A stretch of 64,000 nt of DNA, taken from the NCBI GenBank assembly GCA_951406725.2, contig OX597816.1, positions 20,150,001 to 20,214,000 on the forward strand. The letters are read 5' to 3'. A program made the translations under genes and the position numbers. Shown one piece after another: positions 1 through 13,662 of this stretch (positions are counted from its first letter, which is position 1; every line of letters begins with the position of its first letter). Below the pieces are notes generated by a model, which made no database searches, was not told the origin of the DNA, and was given only the letters and a program-made list of their open reading frames with translations. Origin of the DNA: Octopus vulgaris (Eukaryota).

Positions 1-303
1 TTTTGTTTTATATATAACTTTCTCCTCTCAAACTTTTTGCATGTTTCTCTCCCTCTCTCTCTCTCTCTCTAACTCTATATCTCTTTCTTTCTCTCGATTT
101 CGGTATATATCTATCTATCTACCTAGGTTTCATCATTGAGTCTTCTCTCTCCATTTACCTATTTCTCAACTCATTAGTATTTAATTCTCTAATTTTCTCT
201 ATATTTCTCATACATAATCATTCTCTATTTTCTTTTCAGTATAACTAGCTCTCGTCCTGTCTTTCTTTATCTTCCTCTTCTTTCTCTTTTGCATATGCAT
301 ATA

Positions 304-661
304 CTAGCAAAACGCCCCCCCCCCCCCACGTCCAATGGACGGTGCTGAGTTGTCGAACATTTAAACCAAATTTTCTCAAAACAACTTGTCCGATCGTCCC
401 ATAGGCCCCTCCTTTGTGAAACACTGATTTAACCTAAATTTGAGACTCCAGCAAAAGAAGAAATAAAGACTTTTTTCTATTCCAAAGAAAAACGATTCTC
501 ACCTGGAATCGATTTTTGTAATTTTTTCAAGAATTATACACGCCCTGATACCGTCAGTATCTACATATCAAATTTGAGCGCAATCGGATGGAGGATGCCC
601 GAGATCCTAGAAGCAAAACACACATACACACACACACACACACTCACACACACAGAAGAGA
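304..661 (-). mobile_element. Non-autonomous Helitron, copy 1
   Basis: Minus strand starts TC and ends with hairpin CGTCCATTGGACG followed by CTAG|T; internal (GT)n near the 5' end; homologous to 21724-22368. Confidence 0.7.
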
Positions 662-1231
662 TTTGTCGACATACATACAAGTGTATATGGAGGGAAGGAG
701 GGCTAGAGAGCGTGATGAAGGGAAGAGGATCTATATACACCCAGCTATATACATATGTGTGTAATGAGTAACATCGTAGATACTTATACATAGGATAATG
801 GTCGGTTTTAACGTGCAACCAGGAATAATATTTACGAATAAAACTACTTTACATTCGTGTCATGATCTGCGTTTACGATTTATATACTTCGTGTTTGTTT
901 TTGTGTTTGTTTAAAAAATTATCTCGGCAGAAATATTTCCTAATAATTCATTATTCCATGTCAATTATGGTTCGTTTGAGCTTGAAATTTATTCATTCAA
1001 CTGAATACTTAATGAACAATTTAATGTTGGCTTTTGAACCTGCTTCCAAACGCATAGCATGACCTGCAGTATTGTTATTAGCAATGTCAATAGCAGAGCG
1101 TCGGAAAATATACCGCATTGTATTCTTAATTTGCCTCGCAGTCTTCCCACTCGATAACAAATATTGGAAGTTACGAGCTGGGGTGTAACTCATCAATTTA
1201 ATTGCCCTCATGATTAAAAGTTTTACTTATG

Positions 1232-1485
1232 TTAGAGCTGGCAGGATTGATAGCACGGCAGACAAAATGCTTCGCGACATTTCTTCTGCTACTTTATGTT
1301 CTGTGTTTAAAAGACACCGAGGTGGGATTAGCCATTCATCGATAAACTAAGTTCCTATTTATGCACTGCAATCAATTAAACAGTAAAGTAGAATAAACAA
1401 GTAACCCTTTGAGCCCTGGACCCGATGTAATCGACTTTCTCCTCCCATCTGAGTTGTTGGTCTCGTACCAAAATTTGAAACAAAT
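1232..1485 (+). mobile_element. Degenerate tRNA-derived SINE, family A
   Basis: GAGCTGGCAGGATTGATAGCACGG head and GATGTAATCGACT tail match the better copies such as 44225-44459. Confidence 0.65.
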
Positions 1486-2122
1486 ATATATCTTGTTGCG
1501 TCTGAAGAGAGTCATATTCCCTTAATAACTTTTATCTAATACACACACCGGTTCGATTCCTATTTATTTATTATTTATATTTTTATTCCCAAAATTTCGT
1601 TGCCTTTTCAGCCTTGTCCATGTATATTAACTCTGTTATTGGAGCTGCCAATAACGGAGAGAGACAACATCAATCCACAAGGTTGCAAGAACAACGAACA
1701 TTTTCGAAGGAATAGTATAAATAATAAATACGTGGAAATCGCACTTGTGAGTATGTTAGATAATAAAGCATTAAGACGATAGGACTCTCCCCAGACACAG
1801 TATGATTTCCTTCAACACATGAGTTAACATAAAGAGTTTTACAAACCAGATACAAAAGCGAAGTAAATATAAATCTTCTTTTCATTATTTAAAACTACAT
1901 CAGCACTGAACGTGCTGATCAACCATCAAATTCTTCAAGCCATGACACTCTTCCTTGTTGATATTCTTATACGACAAGATTTACCCAGATTCACAATATA
2001 CAATGCGGCATATATGAGACAGTGGACCATGGTTTGAAGGATATTTTGTGGTTATTTTGTCGACTCAACTTTCGATACATTTCAGCTATGATGATTCTAA
2101 GAATTTATGGAACAGTTATAAT

Positions 2123-2490
2123 CCTTTCTGATATAGGCAAAAGGCCTGAAAGTTAGAGGGAGGGGGTCTAATGGTACTTAATTTATCGACCCCGAAAACT
2201 CAGAATGTAGCGACGGACGAAATATTGCTAAACATTTCGCCCGGCGTGCTAACGATTCTTATTTTTTTATTGCTCACAAGGGGCTAAACATAGAGGGGGA
2301 AAATAAGGACAGACAAACGGATTAAGTCGATTATATCGACCCCAGTGCGTAACTGGTACTTAATTTATCGACCCCGAAAGGATGACAGGCAAAGGCGACC
2401 TCGGCAGAATTTGAACTCAGAACGTAAAGACAGACGAAATACTGCTAAGCATTTCGCCCGGCGTGCTAACGTTTCTGCCAGCTCGCTGCC
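2123..2490 (-). mobile_element. Two nested family-A SINEs inside one TSD
   Basis: Two family-A bodies with different tails; 18-bp direct repeat TTATGGAACAGTTATAAT at 2105-2122 and 2491-2508. Confidence 0.85.
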
Positions 2491-3144
2491 TTATGGAACA
2501 GTTATAATGACAATTCTCACTGCATACCACATTCCTATACATGGTAAATTAAACATTGTTTAAAATAAACTCATTAGATCAGAAGAGAAAATAAGATAGA
2601 GTGAGACACGTTACTAATTAAAAAATTAGGTGATGTCTTGTTTGTTACTGAAATTACGTCTACAATTAATGCACAGATTCAATTAAAAAAATATTTCACT
2701 CGTCAAATAAAAAAAAGGAACAATACAGAAAATTCTTATATACCAACAACGAAAGAATTACAAATAACGAAAGGAAGGAAAGCGAGACACTGAAAAAATA
2801 TAGAGATAATATGAATAAAATAAAGCAAAATAGATTATTTAGGGAAAGAAAAAATAGTAAATAACTTTAAAAAATAAAATTATGAAGGTCAAAGAATTAT
2901 ATAAAAAAAAAACAGAACTGAAAATCAAAATTCTTCAATATGCCAAAAGTTATGAAAAGGAAACTCAAAGTGAGATTGGATTTTTTATGAGGATAAAGAT
3001 AAGCAAATGTTGGTGATGGTGATGATAATAATGATGATGATGATGATGGTAGTGGTGGTGGTTATGATTGTTGTTATGATGGTGGTGGGTGTGTTGACAC
3101 AAGTTACGTGAATATTATTTTTGTCTATATAAACACGCACACAA

Positions 3145-3190
<46 letters not shown>

Positions 3191-3212
3191 TTCTTTATGT
3201 GTTTATTGCGTT

Positions 3213-3248
<36 letters not shown>

Positions 3249-3544
3249 CAGACAGTCAGAGATAAAGAGATACAGAGAGAGAGACAGAAAGAGAGACAGA
3301 GACAGAGAGACAGAAAGAAACAGAGAGAGAGAGATGTGCGTGTGTAAATGTGTATGTAAGTATGTATGTATATAATGATTTCATATTTGCGTTTTCTAGT
3401 TTCCCTTTACCGTTTATTCAAAACAACATGTCGTTCATATTTCAAAGTCGATACTCTTGATTAAATCAAGGCATATAGAAAATCAATATAACTAATATTT
3501 CAAGAATGACATTACGGTTAAAAAGCTCGCTTTGTAACTGTATG

Positions 3545-3780
3545 TTTCCTTGTTCGATCCCATTGTGTGGCACGTTAGGCAAGTGTCGTCTGCTACATTC
3601 CCTGGACGACCAATGATTTAAGAGTGAATTTGATAAACAGAAACAGTGTGGAAGAGCACCGTGTATACATGTGTGTGTTTGTTTGTTCCTTGTCACTGCT
3701 TGATAACCAGTGATGGATTGTGTTCGTTTCCGTGATTTAGCGGTTTAGCAAAACATGCCGATGAAATAAGTACCAGGTTT
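3545..3780 (+). mobile_element. Degenerate SINE, family B
   Basis: GTGGCACGTTAGGCAAGTGTC...TTAGCGGTTTAGCAAAAC...AATAAGTACCAG aligns with 10034-10443. Confidence 0.6.
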
Positions 3781-3853
3781 CAATACTATGATCCAGCAAT
3801 TCTTATCACAGCATTTATAATCAAAAGGTAGAGAATAAAATATTAGTAATACT

Positions 3854-4066
3854 CCTTTCTGTTATAAGCACAAGGCCCGAAGTTTGGGGGAGGGGACTAG
3901 TCGTTTAGATCGACCCCAGAATGTCACTGGTACTCACTGTATCGACCCCGAAAGGATGAAAGGCAAAGTCGACCTCGGTGGAATTTGAACTCAGAACATA
4001 GCGACGGACGAAATATCGCTAAGCATTTCGTATAGCGTGCTAACGACTCTGCTACCTCGCCGCCTT
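3854..4066 (-). mobile_element. SINE family A (tRNA head plus Meta-like central domain)
   Basis: B-box GTTCAAATTCC followed by GACTTTGCCTTTCATCCTTTCGGGGTCGAT; TSD TATTAGTAATACT at 3841-3853 and 4071-4083. Confidence 0.9.
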
Positions 4067-4134
4067 AATATATTAGTAATACTAAATGAGACGTGAGAGG
4101 AAACTGGAAATTCTACAATATAGAAATATATTAC

Positions 4135-4455
4135 TGCTACTCCATCGCTCACTAAGACCAGTTCTCCAGTTGATCTGACTAACGGAGCAGCCTCATCGTG
4201 AAATTAGCGTGTAAGTAGCTGAGTACGTTGCAGACACACATACCCTTAACGTATACTCAGAGCGATATAGCGTTGCACAAAATGGGCCAGGGCTGGATCT
4301 TTGAAATAGAGGTACCACGCATTTTGCCGAGCTGAGTGGACTGGAGCAACGTAAAAAGATATGTCTTGCTCAAAGATCGAACGCACCACCGTTTCTCGAA
4401 CTCACGGCCTTATGATCGTGAGCCGAATACACTAACCACTAAGCCACGCATCTTT
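4135..4455 (-). mobile_element. SINE, head D with tail C
   Basis: GCGTGGCTTAGTGGTTAG A-box, GAGTTCGAGAAAC B-box, TTGCTCCAGTCCACTCAGCT body; tail shared with 11595-11976. Confidence 0.8.
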
Positions 4456-4924
4456 CCATACAAATATAAATCAGAGAGTGACAAGGATGATATAAATATA
4501 ACATAAAGAAATAAAGAACGGACGCAAAGAACAAAGAAAGGAAACAAAAGGAAAAAATGACAAGAGTGTATTTACAAAAGAAGTAACGAATTATTGTATC
4601 TTCAATTTGAAGTAAGGTAAACAAACGCCTAATGGCAACTGAGTCCGACTCCGAAAGAAAAAAGGAAGACATTCTCGAATAATTTGAAAATATATAAGGT
4701 GATATAGAGAAAATTGTGGGAAGTCGGATTGGGTTTGGATGTAGATATTTTTCTGGAGAAATTAAAGACACTGCTGTGGATGAGTTTATGGTAATACTTG
4801 CCGCTATAGCCTCAGGTTAAGATACCCGGTTTGCAAGTAGTTCTAAAACGGATATATGCCACTAAATGTTTCGAATATTTATGACCTAAAACAACATATT
4901 ATATATGTGTGTATAAGTATGTGT

Positions 4925-4977
<53 letters not shown>

Positions 4978-5025
4978 TATAACTATGTGTGTGTATTTAA
5001 ATATATATATATATACATTTATATT

Positions 5026-5066
<41 letters not shown>

Positions 5067-5453
5067 GCCTATCTAGTTCTGTATGTATATATACATAAGT
5101 GTACATTTGCACGTAGATAGGATATAGAAACTATCGGAAATTGAAACTCAGGAAATCGATAATCTATGGTTCTGGTTGTCGATTTCTAGGCCGAAAAGTG
5201 GTAACAATAAATTTGGAATAACGATTAGTAAAGTGTCATTTCATTCTTTTTTATATATATATTTTTTATTTTTTCTTTAGTATAAACTTTTTCAAGAATC
5301 AAATACAGAGCATCACTTTACTTTCACTTTGGACACCAATTTTTTTCACCCCTTCATCCTGTGAAAACGTATGTCAACACATATACTCCGAATCACACAT
5401 CACAACAGACCCATAAACATCCGCACTCATACATGTACGTACACAGAGGCACG

Positions 5454-5484
<31 letters not shown>

Positions 5485-5769
5485 AAATGTTATGTATGTA
5501 TGTACGTGTGTGTGTGCATTAGTGTGTGTTTTTGTCTCACTCGTATATTTCTTTTACTTTTATTTAAGATGAACATTTCAAGTTTAACGGTGATAAAATT
5601 GTACTCAGCAAACTATCAATTGATGGCTTTTATGGAAGCTGTGAAAAGGTATAAAATATATGAAATGGCTTCCTTTTTCTTTCTTTCGCAGTTTTACTTT
5701 TCTCTCTGGTTCTGCTTCTCCCACTCTCTGTCTGTCTGTACGTCTGTCTCTAGTATATGTGTGTATGTA

Positions 5770-6006
<237 letters not shown>

Positions 6007-6459
6007 CATGTATATATTTATCTTCCTCTCTCTTTCTCTGTATATATATATATATTTGTAAGGGAGAATTTATCGACTGAAGTCTATAAATTCTGAGAAG
6101 AGAGTTGAAAGTTCAAGTGTTAGTCTTCTTCATATTGCAGAACCGTTAGCGCTGGTGATTACAGCATGGCGGTGGTTGGGACGGCCATGATAGCTGGAGG
6201 AGGGGGATAATATTGTTGTTGTTGTCTGTATTGACGTTGGAGTTGGCATCCGTGTTGGCTGTGTTTTTAATATTATTTTGTGTTCGTCGTGTTGGTTGCA
6301 ATATTATTGATGTGGTTATTGTTGCAGTTTTTACTTGTGTTTTCGGTATGGACTTAGAAGATATGGGTTTTTCAGTGTTAGTATGTTATGGTGTTAATAA
6401 TACTGATGGCAATCATGTCGATTCTGCTACGGCTGTAGTAGTAGTATTAGTATTAGTAT

Positions 6460-6522
<63 letters not shown>

Positions 6523-6589
6523 TGGTAGTGGTAGTGGTAGTAGTAGTTGCAGCAGCAGCAGCTGTACTAGTAGCAGTTGTTGTTGTAGT

Positions 6590-6822
6590 GTGAAGGCGCG
6601 TGGCTTAGTTGTTAGGGCATTCGGCTCACGATTGTAAGGTCGTGAGTTCGATTCCCGGCGATGCGTTGTGTCCTTCAGCAAGACACTTTATTTCACGTTG
6701 CTCCAGTCCACTCAGCTGGCAAAATTGGATTGCTCAGTCACTTACATGTTAATTTCACGAGCAGGCTGTTCTGTTGATCGTATCAGCTGGGACCCTCGTT
6801 GTCGTAACCGACAGAATGTTCC
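6590..6822 (+). mobile_element. SINE, head D with tail C, inserted in (AGT)n
   Basis: GGCGCGTGGCTTAGTTGTTAG...GAGTTCGATTCCC; flanked on both sides by GTA repeats. Confidence 0.85.
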
Positions 6823-6845
6823 TAGTAGTAGTAGTAGTAGTAGTC

Positions 6846-6890
<45 letters not shown>

Positions 6891-7377
6891 TTATTGCTGT
6901 TGCAGTTGTATATTATTTAACTTCAACAGGATCAACCGGACCTAAGTATAAGAATATATCAGTCTATATATCGTCTTTGAGGAAAGCTTTAAGGTGTTTG
7001 GCTCAGTTTTTTCCTAATTTAGTTTGTTTTCCTTTCCAGAGCATTTTTGTTAGTCTGTCCTAAAACCTATGCAGACATTTATTTAGCCCTCGTTTGTCGT
7101 TCGTTCTAAATAATAAAAACAGTCCCTTTGCTAAGTCTCAGGTTTTCTGGTGGTTGAACAGAAAACTTAGAACGTGTATCATTTACGATGCCAGGGCCCC
7201 AGGAAAACATGTCCAGTGTATCACATGTGGTGCATAATTTAGCCAAAGAATTAAGAGGGCAAAGTGTCATTTCGAAACTTTTTATTGTTAACCCTGCACT
7301 TGAAAAAACACATGGAAACTCTCTCATTTCGCTGCCACGATACCAAGTTTTCGAGATGATGAATTTTTTCTCAGATA

Positions 7378-7523
7378 TAGGCGAAGGTGTGGGTGTATGA
7401 TAAGAAGATTGCTTTCCAGTCACATAGTTCTGGGTTCAATCTCACTGCGTAGCAAATGTCTTCTTCGAGTCGATCAAAGCCTTATGAGTGATTTCATAGA
7501 AGGAAACTCTAAGAAAGCCGTCG

Positions 7524-7585
<62 letters not shown>

Positions 7586-7812
7586 TGCGTGTCTGTATGT
7601 TTGTGTATGTATGTGCATTTTTGTGTCTTTGTGTCTGTGTTTCTCTACTTCCACCGGTTGAAATCTGTGTTAGTTGTTTCCGACCCGATAACTTATCGGT
7701 TGCGCAAGGGAGACTAACATAATAGGTATCTGACTTAAAATACAAATAAGTCCCGAGGTTGAATCACTCGACAGGAAATTCTTTAAGTTGGTGCCCCTAC
7801 ATGGCCGCTGTC
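7378..7812 (+). mobile_element. SINE family B with internal (TA)n
   Basis: Homologous to 10034-10443 over its full length. Confidence 0.8.
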
Positions 7813-8110
7813 ATCATTTCTTGTACAAGCACGCAGCACATTTCTGAGGAAGGCATTTCAGTTATAAATAAGCTTGTTTTACGCTGACACAGTGTAGCTA
7901 AGAGTACACAAGATGTTTCCTTTAAATATAGAACAGATTTAACCATTACGAACATGCCCAGCGGATCGTCAGTGCGATGATAGTAAGTGCGAATACGCTA
8001 CGACCGCTGGTAGAGCTAAAGAAGATAATGATATGATAGAAGAGAACGTGCGGTGCAGGATTATTAGGAAATGTAGGGGAGAGATGCAGCGTAGCTAACT
8101 GAAATGTATA

Positions 8111-8645
8111 CAGGGTGTCCCCAAAAAATGTGTACACACCTTAAATAATTGTAAATTTGGGGTTTATTATAATTCGAATAATTTTCAACATGTAAAAGAA
8201 TTTACAAATATCATTCTATTGTCTTGTTATCGCATGTCCTCAAACTGATGTCCGTTCTGCTCCAGACACTGCTGACAACGCGAAGCGATGGAATGGCACA
8301 CATCATGGAACAATTCCCTTGGGATATTCGTACATTTATGTTCAATGGTTGCCCTCAATTGAACGACTGTTGCAGGTTTCTGTGCGTAGACTTTGTCCTT
8401 TAGGTATCCCCATAAAAAGAAGTCTAGTGGTGTGAGGTCTGGTGAACGTGGAGGGTATTCGACAAAACCACTCCGTCCAATCCACCTGTTTGGCAAGATC
8501 CCATCAAGAAAGGATCTAACATCGCGATGGTATTGTGGAGGTGCCCCATCTTGCTGGAAATAAAACTCTTCCTGTTCAAAGTCCTCTCTAATGCTTGGCA
8601 TGACAGACTGTTGCAGCAAATGTATACATTTTTTGGGACACCCTG
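8111..8645 (-). mobile_element. Internally deleted DD41D (rosa/Visitor-type) Tc1/mariner transposon
   Basis: TIRs CAGGGTGTCCC(C)AAAAAATGT with TA on both sides; C-terminal transposase FQQDGAP...WIGR...PPRSPDLTPLDFFLWGYLK with 41 residues between the last two catalytic Asp. Confidence 0.9.
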
Positions 8646-8969
8646 TATATTTGTTGCTATGGTTATTTAGGATGTTAATGCGGCAACTATAGGTTCTATT
8701 TGCTACTTTTAATACCAAAACTGATGTTGGATATTCTCTGCTAATATTATTCCAACTGTTTCCGATTGTATTAATGTTTTATTCGACATTGTTGCTGCTG
8801 TTGAGTTGCGCTGCCGGTGTTGTTTCTTTTCCTGGGTAGGTTGGATGTGGGGATGATGATATTAATGATGCAGGTACTAGTAAAGATGGTGATGGTGTTT
8901 GATTTTCGTGGTGTCAAATCATGGTGACGCTGGAGATATTGTCAGATGAAGGTAATGCAGCTTCTCCTA

Positions 8970-9092
<123 letters not shown>

Positions 9093-9836
9093 TAGGTGGT
9101 GGTGGGGTGGGGGTGTTAGCAATGGTTGTGACACTAGTAATGGTTCTAATGTTATCGGTTTTGTTGCTGGTGGTAGTAATGTGTAAGGATTGTTGTTGTA
9201 GTTGTTTGGCGGAGGCGGTGGTGGTTATGGTGGTGGTGATTGTGTTAGTGATGATTGTGGTGGTGGTGTGTATGGTGGTGGTGGCGGTGGTGGTGATTAT
9301 GGTGGTGGTACTGGTGGTACTGGCTATGTTGGTGAAATGGTGTTAATAACATGAATGTTTATAATGGTAGAATTATCAGCGTGATACTTTTGTAGGCAGT
9401 GGTTGTAAGAGTGGTGGTGGTGTCTATACTAATAACATGTTTCATAGTGTTGCTGGAGGTATTAGTCGTGTTTATATTGTATGGGGACGTTGCAGTGATG
9501 GCTCCCGGTAAACAATACACGGCAGCTTTTGCACACAGATTATTATCGGTGCTTTTAATATATTAGTATAATACAATGTTCATTATTTCATTGTAATTTT
9601 GCAGAATAGACAGCATATTTGCCCTACATTTAACATTAAACAATCATCCAATCTTGCAAGTTGTAAGTGAGAACGATCTTTATTTTCAATTCAATACTCA
9701 TTAGTATATCCAAATCGTAGTAAAAATTACTATCAACAATAAAACTTTCACAAATTGTCAAAAATTCTCTGCTAATATTATTCCAACTTGTGCGTATCGA
9801 GGGCGATCTAATCCTTGGACATTTCCTTTTTTCTAT

Positions 9837-9871
9837 ATTTCTAACGAAGAACTCCGCTCGAAACCTTGAAT
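9837..9871 (+). ncRNA. Degenerate minimal hammerhead motif, family H1
   Basis: ATTT CTAACGA A GAAC TCC GCTC GAAAC CTT GAAT, in a repeat homologous to 55930-56150. Confidence 0.5.
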
Positions 9872-9998
9872 CCTCCTTATTTCTTTCCTTTCCTCTGCGT
9901 CCAATAACATTATATATATTCAACGTCCTCACGCTGTTGCGTTTTGTCTTTTGTTCATGTTTGGATTAACTATATATATATATATATATACATATATA

Positions 9999-10033
<35 letters not shown>

Positions 10034-10036
<3 letters not shown>

Positions 10037-10443
10037 CGTAGGAGTGGCTGTATGGTAAGTAGCTTGCTTACCAGCCACATGGTTCCGGGTTCAGTCAAAC
10101 TGCGTGACACAATCCGGTGTCTACTACTATAGCCACGGATCGACCACAAACTTGTGAGTGTATTTGGTAGACGGAAACTGAAAGAAGTGCATTGTATATA
10201 TGTATATGTCTCTATATATGTGTGTGTGTTTGTGTGTCTGTATTTGTCCCCCCACCCAACATCGGTAGACAAAGATGCTGGTGCGTTTACGTCCCCGTAA
10301 CTTAGCGGTTCGGCAAAAATCTCTCGATAGAATAAGTAATAGGCTTACAAACAATAAGTCCTGAGGTCGATTTGCTCAACTAAAAGGCGTGCTCCAGCAT
10401 GGACGCAGTCAAATGACTGAAACAAGTAAAAGAGAAAAGAGAG
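10034..10443 (+). mobile_element. Full-length SINE family B (CORE-like)
   Basis: TGGCTGTATGGTAAG A-box, GGTTCAGTC B-box, internal TA/TG tract, 3' end CAAATGACTGAAACAAGTAAAAGAG. Confidence 0.9.
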
Positions 10444-10516
10444 AATATATATATATCAGCCGTATGTATGTATATATATAGAAATAGATAGATAGATACA
10501 TAGATACATACATAGA

Positions 10517-10551
<35 letters not shown>

Positions 10552-10755
10552 GTATACATATATATACCCAACTTATTTATGTATCTATATATTATATATA
10601 TATTTATATATACACTTATATAAATACATTTGTGTGTATTTCCGTTTATGCATATTTGTATGTGTGAATATAGCTGTAGATACACACATGTGCACTTATA
10701 TAGGTATGTATCCCCATAGGATTTATGACGCATATATGTCCTTCTATCTCTCTAC

Positions 10756-10826
<71 letters not shown>

Positions 10827-11594
10827 ACTATCTCTCTATCTATCTAACTATGTGTATTTTTATGCTTATCTTAATATCCACGTGTATTTATATTTATATT
10901 TTGTGTGTACGTATGTATTTTGCATGTATTAAAATATGTGTAGGCTTCTATTTATGTGTGTGTACTGTTTTGTTTTATATACAGTTCGTTTAGCCAGAAA
11001 ATAGTTTGATACCTCTTGACCTTTTAAACCTATTAGAAAATAACTACCGCTCGATACTATCTCTTACTTTAATCATTATATATCCAGCTGTCTGCTTCCT
11101 ATCAAACACATTTATATATTATATTCTGTTTTTTTTATTATTATTATTAAATGAAATTTTATATACTTTCAAACAATATCATTTTTAATATAATTATTTT
11201 ACATCCGCTTTTATGCCGTCCTGTCTTTTTTAAAAAATTAAGGTTGGTCAATATAATGAATATATATACTGTACTTTTGCTGATATGAAACAAAATATAT
11301 ATTAATAATAATCTATTTTTAATGACCATACCAGGCTCATTTTATCGACCATATATTGTATATATAAAGAGTAAATTTTGTATGAAGAAGAATAGGTGTA
11401 AGTATGATGTTTTAGTGATCTGATGAAAAGAATTCTTTATCTGCACTGGTTAGGAGATATACAAATTTATTGCATATTGAGCAGTATGCATATTAGTGCA
11501 ATATTGTAAAATAATTTATACACTGCGATTATTAGGACATGATGAAGTTTGCGAAAAGGCTACATGAATTTGTGTATGTGTGTATATGTGTGTA

Positions 11595-11976
11595 GTGGAG
11601 GCGCAATGGCCCAGTGGTTAGGGCATCGGACTCGCGGTCATAGGATCGCGGTTTCGATTCCCAGACTGGGCGTTGTGAGTGTTTACTGAGCGAAAACACC
11701 TAAAGCTCCACGCGGCTCCGGCAGGGTATGGTGGTGATCCCTGCTGTACTCTTTCACCACAACTTTCTCACACTCTTACTTCCTGTTTCTGTTGTACCTT
11801 TATTTCAAAGGGCCGGCCTTGTCACTCTCTGTGTCACGCTGAATATCCCCGAGAACTACGTTAAGGGTACACGTGTCTGTGGAGTGCTCAGCCACTTTTA
11901 CGTTAATTTCACGAGCAGGCTGTTCCGTTGATTCGGATCAACCGAAACCCTCGTCGTCGTAATCGACGGAGTGCTT
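11595..11976 (+). mobile_element. Full-length SINE, head C with tail C
   Basis: TGGCCCAGTGGTTAG A-box, GGTTTCGATTCCC B-box; close match to 49482-49835. Confidence 0.9.
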
Positions 11977-12565
11977 CCATCCATGTGTGTGTATGTATGT
12001 ATTGGTACATGATGGTTTATACTCGTTCTTCGACAAAGAAATTTATTAACTTGATCAACTGAGTTGTCTACTCCTGAATTAAGCCATAATTGGCTGCGCA
12101 TTCCACCAACACTTGTGCACTGAACTTAATTTTCGTCAGAATCAGCGTGATCTATAAAGTGAAAAGGTCGTACATATTCTATGTCCCAATGTTCCCAAGT
12201 GAATTCTAAGCAGAATCTTCTTATTCAATGACACAAGTCTATTCAGTGCGTGAACTGACTCGATACTATCAGAAACAATAGTTCTCAAATACATCGTACG
12301 TTGTGCTCGAACACGAGACGTCGTGTTTGTCATCTTAGTCTTTTCCCTTCAGACATAGAGTGCCTACAGACAAATACACACACACACACACAACTACCCA
12401 AGCATGCTTACACATATGGGTGTATATATATAAGTATGTATGTATGTATGTATGTATGCATGTATGTATGTATGTATGTATGTTTGTATGTATGTATGTA
12501 TGTATGTATATATATATATATAGATAGATAGATAAACAAGAAAAAAGCAACAAGAATGGATTAGT

Positions 12566-12658
12566 TGTTCAGTACAATTGTTTCATACGAAGTACAGCTT
12601 TATTAAAAGCTGCAAATATTGCAACAAATACAAGTGTCCCGTATACATCAGCCAAACA
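12566..12658 (-). ncRNA. Minimal type-I hammerhead motif (A9U) with long helix-II insert
   Basis: UGUUUGG CUGAUGU AUACG...CGUAU GAAA CAAUUG UA CUGAACA. Confidence 0.65.
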
Positions 12659-12817
12659 TATATGAGTTTTCCAAACATCCTAGGGGGTGAGGCTACATTC
12701 ATGAAGTATCGAAGAGAGTTCTATAAAAAGCAAAGTTAGATTGTAAGCAGACTTCAAAAGTTCTCTAATGATGCACAGTTTTATAAAAGGTTTTTAAAAA
12801 GTTTGTTAGCTTTATAC

Positions 12818-12871
<54 letters not shown>

Positions 12872-12989
12872 TAGATAGATATGTGTGTGTGTGTGTGTGT
12901 GAATGTAGTAGGTTGAAAGGAACACACGAGTTGATATATATGGAAAAAAAGGTAACGTTGAAAAAGCTAAGATAATTTTATAAAAAACA

Positions 12990-13031
12990 TTTTAGTACCG
13001 GTTCCAGTCATTGAGACTTTTTCAACTGTAA
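12990..13031 (-). ncRNA. Hammerhead-like motif with U3-A8 core, degenerate
   Basis: AG UUGAAAA AGUC UCAAU GACU GGAA CCGG UA CU. Confidence 0.55.
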
Positions 13032-13373
13032 GTATGGAAAACAATTAAATTTTGGAAAAATTGAAAGAAAAGTGTTTTAAAAGAATATTTGCATAGTATT
13101 CAAATACAAGCGACATTTTCCTTGTTTCTGTCTATCTCTATCTCTCTTGTTTAGGCACGTTGGTTCGAGGTCGTTGTGAATTCATATATATACGTATATA
13201 TGAATATATGTAAATATATATACGTATATATATATATATATATATTGGCAAATACCACAAAATTCTTTATATATAAAAAGACCAATAAATCTAGACCAAC
13301 GTTTAATAAATCCGATAACGGAAGAAAAGAGTTAACAATATGTATATAAAATATATATAAAAAATATACATAT

Positions 13374-13662
13374 AGGTGCAGAAGTGGCTCTATGGTAAGT
13401 AGTTTGCTTACCAACCACATGGTTTCGGCTTCAATCCCACTGCGTGGCACCTTGGGCAACTGTCTTCTACTATAGCCTATATATATATATATATATATAG
13501 GCGTAGGAGTGGCTGTATGGTAAGTAGCTTGCTTACCAACCACATGGTTCCGGGTTCAGTCACACTGCGTGACACATTCCAGTGTCTACTACTATAGCCT
13601 CGGGCCGACCAAAGCCTTGTGAGTGGATTTGCTAGACGGAAACTGAAAGAATCCCGTCGTAT
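13374..13662 (+). mobile_element. Two tandem 5' halves of SINE family B
   Basis: 13374-13478 and 13499-13662 separated by (TA)n; CCTTGGGCAA CORE-like motif in the first. Confidence 0.85.

Noticed and set aside
11595-11670. tRNA-like sequences at SINE heads
   Set aside because: A and B boxes only, continuing into SINE bodies with no complete cloverleaf, so not tRNA genes.
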